Assembly: GCF_000195855.1 (NCBI RefSeq)
Contig: NC_002677.1
Coordinates: 1 to 32,000, forward strand
DNA from: Mycobacterium leprae TN
Lineage (GTDB): Bacteria > Actinomycetota > Actinomycetes > Mycobacteriales > Mycobacteriaceae
Direction: 5' to 3'
Length of the DNA stretch: 32,000 bases
This document shows, in pieces, positions 20,879 through 30,292 of this stretch. Every line of letters begins with the position of its first letter. Position 1 is the first letter of the stretch. Under the pieces are notes generated by a model. The model saw nothing but the letters and a program-made list of their open reading frames with translations. It was not told the origin of the DNA and ran no database searches. A program made the translations under genes and the position numbers.

Positions 20879-22192
20879 TCATGTTTGGCCGGCGACGGGC
20901 GAGATGTCAGTGGCACCGGCCAGTTGAGCTCGAGCGGCCTGCTTTGGAAGTCCAGAATTACTTATTTCTTTGTGATTCGTCCAGTTGACTCGGTATTCGC
21001 AATATGCAGCCGGAAAACCGCTGAGGGTTTTGGTAGCTGGTGGCGTACCGGTGTCAGTAACGGTTGGAGTAGGCGGTTGATGCTGTTCGTTTCCAGCGTA
21101 GGAGTTGATCACGATCAGCACCGCGATGATGATCGCCAGCGCTCCGAGCATCCCGGCGGCCCAGAGCAACGCGCGTTGTCCAGACGAGAACGTGTTTCGC
21201 GCCGGCGGCGGGCGATTTCCGCTTGTTGACGGTCGGGATCGGCGAGGTGCCGGAGTCTTGGTGCCGCAAGCAACAGCTGCTCGGGCCTGTGTGCTTGACG
21301 GGATGGTCGTTGGAGAGGCCCGGCCGGAAGATGGTGTTTGGTTGGGCCGCGGGGGCCGATGGCCGGCCCGTACCGCGGCGACGGCTTCGGCGAACAATCC
21401 TCCACTAGGATAGCGCATGCCCGGGTTTTTCACCAATGTGATCTCGATGAGTTCTCGTACATTAGGCGGTAAGTCCGCGGGCAACGGCGGCGGGGGTTCC
21501 TTGATGTGCTTCATCGCTACCGTTAGGGCGCCGTCACCGGTGAACGGCCGCTTACCCGAAACCACTTCATACCCAATAACTCCCAACGAGTAGACATCGC
21601 TAGCAGGAGTCGCGTCGTGACCTAAGGCCTGTTCGGGCGCGATGTATTGCGCGGTGCCCATAACCATGCCGGTTTGGGTCACTGGTGCAGCGTCGACTGC
21701 CTTGGCGATACCGAAGTCAGTGATTTTCACCTGGCCGGTGGGGGTGATTAAGATGTTTCCCGGTTTGACGTCGCGGTGTACCAGGCCAGCGGCATGAGCA
21801 ATTTGCAGGGCACGGCCAGTCTGCTCCAGCATGTCCAGCGCATGCCGCAACGACAGCCGGCCGGTGCGTTTAAGCACCGAATTCAGTGGTTCGCCGTTGA
21901 CCAGTTCCATCACCAAGTAGGCTGTGCGGCCCTCCCCGTCCATATGGCTTTCGCCGTAGTCATGGACGCTGGCGATTCCGGGGTGGTTGAGCATCGCGGT
22001 GGTTCGTGCCTCAGCGCGGAACCGCTCAATGAACTCCGGGTCCGAGGAGAACTCTCCCTTGAGCACCTTGACCGCAACGCGGCGACCCAGCCGACTGTCC
22101 ACCGCTTCCCATACTTGGCCCATGCCACCGGTGGCGATGAGCCGATGCAGGCGGTATCTACCAGACAGCATCACACCAATTCGCGGACTCAT
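20879..22192 (-). CDS. pknA: Ser/Thr protein kinase PknA
   Basis: The kinase domain shows [23 protein letters not shown] and APEQA, followed by a Pro-rich linker and one TM. I chose the ATG at 22190-22192 ([15 protein letters not shown]), which overlaps the pbpA stop as ATGA. The 50-codon upstream extension of the longest ORF lies inside pbpA. Confidence 0.93.
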
Positions 22193-23667
22193 GCCCCCCC
22201 CTGCAGCGCTGCCTCGATCACGGCCCGTCCGATCGGTGCGGCTAACGCACCTCCCGTAGCAAACAGGCTGTCGGCGCCCTTCTCTACCAGCACCGCTACG
22301 GCAACCTTCGGGGCTTGTACGGGTGCGAAGGCGATGTACCACGCGTGCGGCGGTGTATGACGCGGGTCGGTGCCATGCTCTGCGGTACCAGTCTTGGAAG
22401 CAATCTGCACGCCGGGAATGGCCCCTTTCTGTTGTGTGACCTTTTCGGCGCCGACCATCAGCTCTGTTAGCGTAGCGGCGATCTGTGGTGATACTGCGCG
22501 GTGCTGCTGATATGAGGTAGTGGTGCGGATGTTGGCCAGATCTGGCCCTTTGAGGTTGTCGATCAGGTAGGGCTGCATCGTCACCCCGGCATTGGCGATG
22601 GTCGCGGCGATTTGAGCGTTTTGCAGAGGAGTCAGCGCAACATCCCTCTGGCCGATACTTGACATCCCCAGCGCGGCGGCGTCTGGGATTACCCCAACAG
22701 TCGATTCGGCGACCTGCAGCGGAATTACGTTGGGGTTACTGTCCAGGCCGAAGGAATGTGCCATGCTCCGCAACGCGTCGGCGCCAATGAGCAGGCCCAG
22801 CTGGACGAACGCGGTGTTACACGACATGGCGAATGCCTGGCTCAATGATACCGTCGGACCGGGGCCGCAGGAAACGCCGCCGTAGTTCTCTAACGTGGCC
22901 GTGCTGCCGGGTAGTGGGATTGTGGGCTCTGCGGTCAACTGGTCACTCGTAGTGGCGCCGGCCTGCAGCGCCGCAGTGGTGGTGATCACCTTAAATGTGG
23001 AACCAGGAGGATAGGTTTCGGAAATGGCACGGTTGATTAGGGGCGAGTTAGGGTCGTCGTGCAAGCGCCGCCAGGCCTGTGCTTGTTCTTCCGGATTGTG
23101 AGACGCCAGCAGGTTGGGGTCATACGATGGTGTCGAGACCATAGCCAGGATCTTGCCGGTGGACGGTTCTAGGGCGACTACAGCTCCCTTACACGGCGAT
23201 CCTCCGCAACCCTGCTGCATCGCGTCCCATCCAGTCTGCTGGACGCGTGGGTTGATCGTGGTATCGACATTGCCGCCGCGTGGATCGCGGCCGGTGAAGA
23301 AGTCGGCCAACCGGCGCCCGAACAGCCGCTCGTCGGATCCATTCAACAGCGCGTCCTCGGCTTGCTCAAGGCCTGTGCTGGAATATCGCAGTGAATAGAA
23401 GCCAGTAATCGGCGCGTACACCGCAGGGTTGGGGTATACCCGGAGGAAACGGAAGCGGTTGTCAGTGGCCACCGAATAGGCTAGTAGCTGGCCACTTGCG
23501 GTGATCTGGCCACGTTGACGTGAATATTCATCGAGTAAGACCCGCTGGTTCCGGGGGTCGGCACGCAGTCCGTCGGCGGTGAACACCTGCGTTACCGTGG
23601 CGTTGAGCAGCAGCAGCACGATCAACGCCATCACGGTCACCGAGATTCGGCGGAGAGAGGTGTTCAT
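22189..23667 (-). CDS. pbpA: Penicillin-binding protein A (class B transpeptidase)
   Basis: 492-aa ORF with an N-terminal TM anchor, the STFK active-site motif ([10 protein letters not shown]), the SxN-type motif SCN, and KTG (ASKTGTAE). Confidence 0.94.
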
Positions 23668-25061
23668 ACCCTTTCGATCACTTCGGTACTTGCCACCGCG
23701 ATCGGGGACGTGTTGTGTGGGCGGCTGCGTAACGGATGTCGAGCGCTATGCGAGATGCGTGCCAGGATGGCCAGCAGCACATAGTTCGCCAGCAATGACG
23801 ATCCACCGTAAGACATCCACGGTGTGGTCAAGCCGGTCAGCGGAATGAGCGTGGTAACGCCACCGCTGACGATGAACAGTTGGATGGCCAGCGTCGATGC
23901 CAGACCTGCGGCCAACAGTTTACCGAAACTGTCGCGTGTGGCGATAGCCGTGCGCAGGCCGCGGACGATGACAATCGTGTAGAGCATGAGAAGGGCAGCT
24001 AGGCCCACCAATCCAAGCTCTTCGCCGAATACGGCGATAATGAAATCAGTTGAGGCCGCAGGTATGGCATCGGGTTGACCGTTACCCAGGCCGGTGCCGA
24101 AAATACCTCCGGTAGCGAAGCTAAAAAGCGATTGCACAATCTGATAGCCACCGACATCGAGATTGGTGAAGGGATCCCACCACACTTGCATGCGAACCCG
24201 GATGTGTTCGAAAGTGAAGTATGCTATAGTGCTTCCCGCAGTGAACAACACCAGGCCGATGATGACCCAACTGAGACGCTGAGTGGCGAGGTAAACCACC
24301 ACCAGAAACGATGCGTAGAGCAGCAGCGAAGTGCCGAGGTCCTTTTCGAAGACCATCACACTTACCGAGATCACCCAGGCAGCCAGTAACGGCGCGAGGT
24401 CTCGCGGCCGGGGCAGGGTCATACCTATTAAATGCTTACCGGCGCTGGTGAACAGGCTGCGTTTAGCGACTAGCACTGCTGCGAAGAAGATCAGCAACAG
24501 AATCTTCGAAAATTCGGCGGGCTGAATCGAAAAACCCGGAAAGCGGATCCAAATCTTAGCACCGTTTTGTTCGGGCAGCGGTGCGGGAATTGCCAAGAAA
24601 ACCAGACCCGTCAATCCGGATATGTAGCCATAGCGTGCGAGCTGGCGATGGTCTTTTAACACGGTCATCACCAGCACAAATGCGGCCACCCCGACCAGGG
24701 TCCACAGCATCTGTTGGGCCGCACTGGTGTGATGGTGACCGGTGACGTCGTTATCAACAAGGTCGAGTCGGTGGATCATCACCAGGCCCAGTCCGTTGAG
24801 CAAGGCCACTATTGGTAGTAGTAGCGGGTCGGTGTAGGGAGCGAAACGTCTTATAGCTAGATGGGCGGATGCGAACAATGACCAGAAGATCAGCCCGTAG
24901 CCGGCCAGGTACCAACGAAAGTTTCTCTCTTGGTTGGCTTCCACGATGGCCAGTGCGGCGACGGTGATCACGGCGGCGAAGCCAAGTAGCAGCAGCTCAG
25001 CGTTACGTCGCGTGGGCAACGGAGGTGTCACTGTGACCACCGGCTGAAGTTGCGTTGTCAT
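23664..25061 (-). CDS. rodA: SEDS-family peptidoglycan glycosyltransferase RodA/FtsW-like
   Basis: 465-aa polytopic membrane protein with typical SEDS motifs (QPAEFSKI, STDFIIAVFGEELG, PLTGLTTPWMSYGGSS). Its start overlaps the pstP stop (ATGA). Confidence 0.93.
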   Translation of the reverse strand: MTTQLQPVVTVTPPLPTRRNAELLLLGFAAVITVAALAIVEANQERNFRWYLAGYGLIFWSLFASAHLAIRRFAPYTDPLLLPIVALLNGLGLVMIHRLDLVDNDVTGHHHTSAAQQMLWTLVGVAAFVLVMTVLKDHRQLARYGYISGLTGLVFLAIPAPLPEQNGAKIWIRFPGFSIQPAEFSKILLLIFFAAVLVAKRSLFTSAGKHLIGMTLPRPRDLAPLLAAWVISVSVMVFEKDLGTSLLLYASFLVVVYLATQRLSWVIIGLVLFTAGSTIAYFTFEHIRVRMQVWWDPFTNLDVGGYQIVQSLFSFATGGIFGTGLGNGQPDAIPAASTDFIIAVFGEELGLVGLAALLMLYTIVIVRGLRTAIATRDSFGKLLAAGLASTLAIQLFIVSGGVTTLIPLTGLTTPWMSYGGSSLLANYVLLAILARISHSARHPLRSRPHNTSPIAVASTEVIERV

Positions 25062-26587
25062 GCCACCGCCCGGCAGTCGATGCCCGGTTGGGGTGGGGGT
25101 GGTGGAAGGATGGTGACCGTCTGCGAGGTGCCCACCGGCGTTGTCGGCGCGGTACTTGCGGGGCTGCTAGTGGGACTTATGTTGGTGGGTGCGGTGCCGC
25201 TGGAAGAGGTGATCGTGGGTGGTGTGGTGGACGTTGGCGACGCTGTATTAGTTGGTTGGGGTGTCCCGCTGTCTGTGGGCATGGTAAAGGGCCCCGGCGG
25301 CGATGTCGCGCGGGGTGGCGGACAGGTTGGTAGTAGGGAGTCGGCCAACAATTTTCGTAGCTGCGATTCGGCCTGATCTAGGTTACCTCCGGGCAGTCCA
25401 GCCTGGACTTGCGCCCCTCCAGAGGGACGTAAGTCCCGCAGAGTCATTACCTGGCAATTGAGGTGACCTCCGGATTGTCCGTAACTAATCAGGGATAGCT
25501 CGTTGCGGGTGTTCAGACAGCCCACCAAATAGGGTTCGTGCAAAGGCATTCCGAGCAGCGAGCCTTGAATGCCTCGCACGATGGACACCTTGCCACTGTA
25601 TTCGGCAATGTAGTAGTTGTCCCGGATGACCCATCGCCCAATGGCCACTCCGGCGAGGACAAGTAGCACTAACAGTGTGAGTGTGATGCCTGTTTGGCGT
25701 TGCGACCACCGCTGTTGATGTACTTTATCGACTTGTGGCGCCATACTTTTGGCTATCTCTTTGCGTGGGACAATAGCTGAGGCGCGGCTAGCGGCGGTGT
25801 TGGGCAGGGCCATCTGCTGGCTTTCTTCGCCCGACACCGCGCCGGCGAGAATCGGTTGGGTCTGGCCGTAGTCGTAGTCGATGACGTCAGCGACTACAAC
25901 CGTTACATTGTCGGGTCCGCCACCGCGCAGCGCTAATTCAATAAGCCGATAGGCACTCTCGGCGACGTCGGGGATCTGCAGGGCCTCGAGGATGGTCTCG
26001 TCACTCACCGGATCGGATAATCCGTCCGAACACAGCAGATAACGATCACCAGCGCGGGCTTCTCTCATGGTGAGAGTGGGATCCACTTCGTGGCCGGTCA
26101 ATGCTCGCATGATCAATGAGCGCTGTGGGTGGCTGTGTGCTTCTTCCGCGGTGATCCGACCTTCGTCGACCAGGGTTTGGACAAAGGTGTCGTCTTTGGT
26201 GATCTGGGTCAGCTCGCCGTCTCGCAGTAGGTAGCCGCGTGAGTCACCGATGTGCACCAGGCCGAGACGGTTGCCTGCGAACAGGATTGCGGTGAGCGTG
26301 GTTCCCATGCCCTCGAAATCGGGTTCCATCTCGACTTGTGCGGCGATTGCCAAGTTTCCGGCACGCACCGCCGTCTCGAGCTTGCCAAGCAGGTCGCCCC
26401 CGGGTTCGTCGTCATCGAGATGGGCCAGTGCGGCGATCACCAATTGGGACGCCACTTCGCCAGCGGCGTGACCACCCATGCCGTCGGCGAGGGCGAGTAG
26501 GCGTGCACCGGCGTAAACCGAGTCTTCATTATTGGCGCGCACCAGGCCGCGATCGCTGCGGGCCGCATATCGGAGGACCAGGGTCAC
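25058..26587 (-). CDS. pstP: PP2C-family Ser/Thr phosphatase PstP
   Basis: 509-aa ORF. The N-terminal PP2C domain shows RANNEDS, ADGMGGHAAGEVAS, DGLSD and GGPDNVT. One TM follows (ITLTLLVLLVLAGVAIG), then an extracytoplasmic domain ending in a Pro/Thr/Ser-rich tail. The GTG start overlaps the fhaB stop. Confidence 0.94.
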   Translation of the reverse strand: MTLVLRYAARSDRGLVRANNEDSVYAGARLLALADGMGGHAAGEVASQLVIAALAHLDDDEPGGDLLGKLETAVRAGNLAIAAQVEMEPDFEGMGTTLTAILFAGNRLGLVHIGDSRGYLLRDGELTQITKDDTFVQTLVDEGRITAEEAHSHPQRSLIMRALTGHEVDPTLTMREARAGDRYLLCSDGLSDPVSDETILEALQIPDVAESAYRLIELALRGGGPDNVTVVVADVIDYDYGQTQPILAGAVSGEESQQMALPNTAASRASAIVPRKEIAKSMAPQVDKVHQQRWSQRQTGITLTLLVLLVLAGVAIGRWVIRDNYYIAEYSGKVSIVRGIQGSLLGMPLHEPYLVGCLNTRNELSLISYGQSGGHLNCQVMTLRDLRPSGGAQVQAGLPGGNLDQAESQLRKLLADSLLPTCPPPRATSPPGPFTMPTDSGTPQPTNTASPTSTTPPTITSSSGTAPTNISPTSSPASTAPTTPVGTSQTVTILPPPPPQPGIDCRAVA

Positions 26588-27051
26588 GGGCGCAACTCGA
26601 TTGCCGTTTTGCCGATTCGAACCGGTGTTCCTAATGGAACTCGTACCGCAGTTGTCACCTTCGCCCTGTCAAGATATGTACCGTTGGTCGATCCTAGATC
26701 CTCCACATACCATTCCGAACCGCGTTGAGACAGCCGAGCGTGCCGATTTGACGCATAGTCGTCGGTAAGTACCAAGGTGGAGTCGTCAGCGCGGCCGATC
26801 AACACCGGCTGCCCGCTGAGGGTAATGCGGGCGCCGGTCAGCGACCCTTCAGTCACCATCAGGTAGCGTGCAGCGTGCCGGCGTTGGCGCGATAGCAGAA
26901 GCGTGTTGCGCAACGTTAAGCTCCGCCGGACCATGACTGCCCCGGTCGGCGCGTAGATATCAGTCTTCAAGATCTGCAGGACAGACCAGATAAATACCCA
27001 TAGCAACATCAAAAATCCGGCACGCGCCAGTTGCAGTACTAGTCCCTGCAT
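26584..27051 (-). CDS. fhaB: FHA-domain membrane protein FhaB/FipA
   Basis: MQGLVLQLARAGFLMLLWVFIWSVL is the TM segment, followed by a C-terminal FHA domain (GRADDSTLVLTDDYASNRHARL...STNGTYLD). I chose the ATG at 27049-27051 for the 155-aa conserved form. The longest ORF starts 21 codons upstream. Confidence 0.92.
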   Translation of the reverse strand: MQGLVLQLARAGFLMLLWVFIWSVLQILKTDIYAPTGAVMVRRSLTLRNTLLLSRQRRHAARYLMVTEGSLTGARITLSGQPVLIGRADDSTLVLTDDYASNRHARLSQRGSEWYVEDLGSTNGTYLDRAKVTTAVRVPLGTPVRIGKTAIELRP

Positions 27052-27172
27052 CTGGCGTCCTTTCTGTCCTGTTGCTGTACGCGCCCCTGTGAGCCGAACA
27101 CACAGCAACGTCACGATACTTGGACGGTGGTCGACGTGTGGTAAAGCACGGCAATATTGCAGCCCAGTGGGC

Positions 27173-28639
27173 TCAGTGAATGCGAACGATGATCTCTGAG
27201 TGGCCTAAACGGATCACGTCCCCATCGGCCAATTGCCATTCTTGTACCGGAGCATTGTTGACGGTGGTGCCGTTCGTCGAGTTGAGGTCGGAGAGCAGTG
27301 CTACCTGTCCATCCCAGCGGATTTCCAGGTGTCGGCGAGACACACCGGTGTCGGGCAACCGGAACTGGGCGTCCTGTCCCCGGCCCACGATGTTGGAGCC
27401 TTCACGCAGCTGGTAGGTCCGGCCGCTGCCGTCGTCGAGCTGCAGGATGACCGCGCTTCCCAGTGCTCCGTAGCCTCCGTATCCACCGATCACCGGTTGG
27501 CTATAGTCATTAGCGGCTCCTGGCTGACCGTAGTCGTAGTCGCGGCCGGCTGGCTCGGCGTACCCACCGCTGGAAGGCGCATACACTCCGCCCGGCAGGT
27601 TTTCGGCGTATTGGGTGTATTCCTGTCGTCCGTAGTCCTCCCTGCCGTATCCGAGTCCACTGTGCTGATACCCCTGGTCGTAGCCGCCTCCTTGGTCGGG
27701 GTAGGCCACACGTTGTTCAGGCGGAGCGGGAAAACCCGATGGAGTATAGCTACCCTCATCCGGGCGAGCTGGCCCGCGGCCATAATCCCCGTACCCGCCG
27801 TAGCCTGGCTGGCCACCGCTGGGAGGGCCGTAGCTGCCTGGACGATAGCCTTGGTCGTGACCTTGGCTGCCGTAACCACCAGGAGTTGCCGGACGCTGTT
27901 CATAGGGCGACGGGTAGCCACCTTGCCCCTGGTCGTGGTAGGCGCGTTGGTCTTCGTACCCGCCTTGGCCCGGGTAGCCACCCTGATCCGGGCGGTGGAG
28001 TGGCGGATGTCCGGCCTGTTGTGGGTAGCTTCCTGGTTTCGGTGGATAGCAGCCTCGGGGGTCCTGTCCGCCTTGGGGGTCCGCGCCGCGTGGATCGTCT
28101 TGCGGTCGACCGTAGTAGTCATCGCTAGGGCGGCCCTGCCCTTGACCTCCGCGGTAGCTCGAGTTATCAGTCATCGGTGGTACTCCTGGTTCTGCGCTGA
28201 ACGCTTGATTAGATTGTGTCCGGACGGGATCGTTAACCGTCGGGCGGGGCTCGACATCGGGGTTGACAACACTGCGGGCGCGGATCTGCCCGGTATGCAG
28301 ACTCGATGACTGGTCGAATCGGACGACTACATCACCATACGTTTGCCACCCCTGTTCATGGATATAGTCAGCCAAGTCGCTAGCGAAAGCGCTTGACGTG
28401 AGGTCTGGGTCGGCTTTCATCTTCTCAAGGTCGTGCACACCGAGGGTAATGATGTATTCGTTGGGCGCCAGAAGGCGATTTCCCTGCAGCGATCGGACGC
28501 CGTCGGAGGCTTCACGCCGCAATAGGGCTTCAACCTCTTGCGGAACTATCGATCCCCCGAACATCCGGGCAAACGCATCGTCTATGCTCGACTCGAGTTT
28601 GCGCTCGATGCGCTGTATTAATTCTTTTTGGTTATCCAT
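27173..28639 (-). CDS. fhaA: FHA-domain protein FhaA
   Basis: 488-aa ORF. It has an N-terminal FhaA-type domain (FARMFGGSIVPQEVEALLRREA), a long Gly/Tyr/Pro/Gln-rich linker, and a C-terminal FHA domain (GRGQDAQFRLPDTGVSRRHLEI...STNGTTVN). Confidence 0.94.
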   Translation of the reverse strand: MDNQKELIQRIERKLESSIDDAFARMFGGSIVPQEVEALLRREASDGVRSLQGNRLLAPNEYIITLGVHDLEKMKADPDLTSSAFASDLADYIHEQGWQTYGDVVVRFDQSSSLHTGQIRARSVVNPDVEPRPTVNDPVRTQSNQAFSAEPGVPPMTDNSSYRGGQGQGRPSDDYYGRPQDDPRGADPQGGQDPRGCYPPKPGSYPQQAGHPPLHRPDQGGYPGQGGYEDQRAYHDQGQGGYPSPYEQRPATPGGYGSQGHDQGYRPGSYGPPSGGQPGYGGYGDYGRGPARPDEGSYTPSGFPAPPEQRVAYPDQGGGYDQGYQHSGLGYGREDYGRQEYTQYAENLPGGVYAPSSGGYAEPAGRDYDYGQPGAANDYSQPVIGGYGGYGALGSAVILQLDDGSGRTYQLREGSNIVGRGQDAQFRLPDTGVSRRHLEIRWDGQVALLSDLNSTNGTTVNNAPVQEWQLADGDVIRLGHSEIIVRIH

Positions 28640-28889
28640 TGTTTAGCGTTCGCCTGCATTTGTTCTGGAATATCGCCCACAAGGCAAACGCCTTGTTTGC
28701 ATGTCGTATCACCCAAGCATGGTATCGGTACACTGCAACGTTGGGGCACCGTGGTAATTTTGAGAATTGTATTAGGCAGTTCAGAAGCGCCTGGTCGACA
28801 GAGGCCATGATGGGGAAGTTCTTGGCAGATGCACGAAGACTAGTTGGGTGCGCGGCTACTACGATGATATGGTCCACCGGTTGTCTTTC

Positions 28890-28972
28890 GGGCGAGTGGC
28901 GGAATGGCAGACGCGCTGGCTTCAGGTGCCAGTGTCCCTCGGGACGTGGGGGTTCAAGTCCCCCTTCGCCCA
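28890..28972 (+). tRNA. leuT: tRNA-Leu (anticodon CAG)
   Basis: GGGCGAGTGGCGGAATGGCAGACGCGCTGGCTTCAGGTGCCAGTGTCCCTCGGGACGTGGGGGTTCAAGTCCCCCTTCGCCCA is a class II tRNA with a long variable arm. The anticodon stem is CTGGC/GCCAG with loop TTCAGGT, and the T arm is GGGGG-TTCAAGT-CCCCC. Confidence 0.95.
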
Positions 28973-29000
28973 CTCTCGTGATGAGTCGAGTCATGGGTTA

Positions 29001-29036
29001 CAAAATTCCCCGGCCATCGGCCGGGGAATTTTGTTT
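29001..29036. terminator. Strong intrinsic terminator hairpin (potentially bidirectional)
   Basis: CAAAATTCCCCGGCC-atc-GGCCGGGGAATTTTG forms a perfect 15-bp stem with a 3-nt loop. It is followed by TTT on the + strand and has an A-tract on the 5' side. It starts 29 nt after tRNA-Leu. Confidence 0.85.
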
Positions 29037-29039
29037 GGT

Positions 29040-29620
29040 TGGGCCAGTAGTTGTGGTCGAAGTTGATACACTGGCTGGCGATGAGGTGATGGCCCGTTTT
29101 GCTGATGATGGTGACGATGTTGGTTGTGACCGGCATTAGTACGGGGGTGTGGGTGTGAGTGCGACCGATGCCGAGGTGGTGTAGAAGGCTGCCGTGGCAC
29201 AGGGTCCTTTTGCTGAATTGGTTGACGGTGTCGTGTTGGATGCGGAAATGGGGTTGGGTCGGCAAGGTAGGCCTATTGGGATGTGAGTCAGCCGGAGTGA
29301 GCTTTTGCAGCGCATCAATCGCCGTTTCCGTGATCTGCTCGACATTCCGCTAGCCTTGGTAGCTACTCACCGGTTACCGAATATATGTGACCACGACTCT
29401 AAAGTAAGCGTGAATTGTGGTCTTGAGCGCCAAACAGCACTAAAGATCCACTAAGAGAGCGGGGTTACGATGCCTGAGTTCTTCGAAGATTAGCGTCCGG
29501 GCAGCACCTGGGTGTGACGTCAAGGATTTTGGTAGCAGATTCCTCTATTCGCCGCGGCTGTTCGTTCATACGGTTATCGCTTTTCCGTCCGTACTGAGGT
29601 TATTTTTCGCATCCTTACCC
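29040..29620 (-). pseudogene. Tyrosine recombinase (phage-type integrase) catalytic-domain relic
   Basis: Minus-strand frame reads ...LLHHLGIGRTHTHTPVLMPVTTNIVTIISKTGHHLIASQCINFDHNY. R (29161-29163) followed by T-H-T fits the HxLRHT box. GH (from 29092-29094) lies 23 residues later, and the GH-x9-F-x-H spacing is identical to the GH-x9-Y-x-H of L5-type integrases. The catalytic Tyr codon now reads Phe (TTC, 29059-29061). An upstream, stop-interrupted PGAARTLIFEEL..LVDL and LALKTT..FRVVV resemble box I (TGxRxxE) and the following KT..R.vpl strand. The 3' end points at tRNA-Leu. Confidence 0.55.
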
Positions 29621-30292
29621 ATCTCTGTGTAGTTGTCGCCATATCGTCAGATGCGTTTTCCGGAGGCCCTATCAGGTACTAGAAGATATCCTGCAGTGCA
29701 CTGTTGTTAAGTCTCGTCCTTGAGGGTCTTTAAATATAAATTATGCAGACGGGTATCGGAACGAAGTATATACCGTGCCTTTCGATTACCACGTCGCCGC
29801 TGAACCACAATACTTTGCTGGACAGCATGTTGTCTTGACTGCGGTGCACGATCACGATGGTGTCGATTCCCTGGCAGATGCTTTCGACGACAAACCGGAG
29901 CTTGGGAATACACTGCAACACATAGGGTCCAGTCGTGCCGCAATTCGGGGTGCAGGAGATGATTGTGGCCGTTTCCGGAAAAAGTTTTTGGAGGCTACAG
30001 GTTACGTGAACACCAAGTCTTCATGAAAATGCTGAATAAAATGACTCTACGTCGTGGGAATTCCCCTCTCCTAACCTATGATTGCCATAAAGCAACCGGA
30101 TCAACGTTCATGGGGCCACTGTAATGGCTACAACGCTAGCGATCCATTTTAAATGCTCATACCGTGGATATTTCCTTTCACATTCGATTGAACACAATGC
30201 GAAGTAAACAAAGTCCTGGAGAGAATCTCGATGGGGATCGAAAATGTAACGGCCGGGACAATTTTATTTTTGGCGGACTAACGTTTCAGCCA

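Noticed and set aside
22193-22342. 50-codon N-terminal extension of the pknA ORF
   Set aside because: The extension lies inside the pbpA coding sequence. The internal ATG at 22190-22192 gives the conserved MSPR.GV.LSGRYRL start and an ATGA overlap with the pbpA stop.
21776-22360. 194-aa ORF antisense to pknA/pbpA
   Set aside because: It overlaps two strongly supported minus-strand genes and has no recognisable motifs.
27233-28309. 358-aa ORF antisense to fhaA
   Set aside because: It is a shadow of the repetitive GC-rich FhaA linker. The translation is low-complexity (Val/Ala/Arg-rich) with no motifs, while the fhaA frame has clear FHA and N-terminal domain signatures.
28639-29139. 166-aa + strand ORF (and the 120-aa minus ORF 28632-28994) covering tRNA-Leu and the terminator hairpin
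   Set aside because: Both read through a tRNA gene and a perfect hairpin with no motifs. They are better explained as chance ORFs in the promoter/tRNA region.
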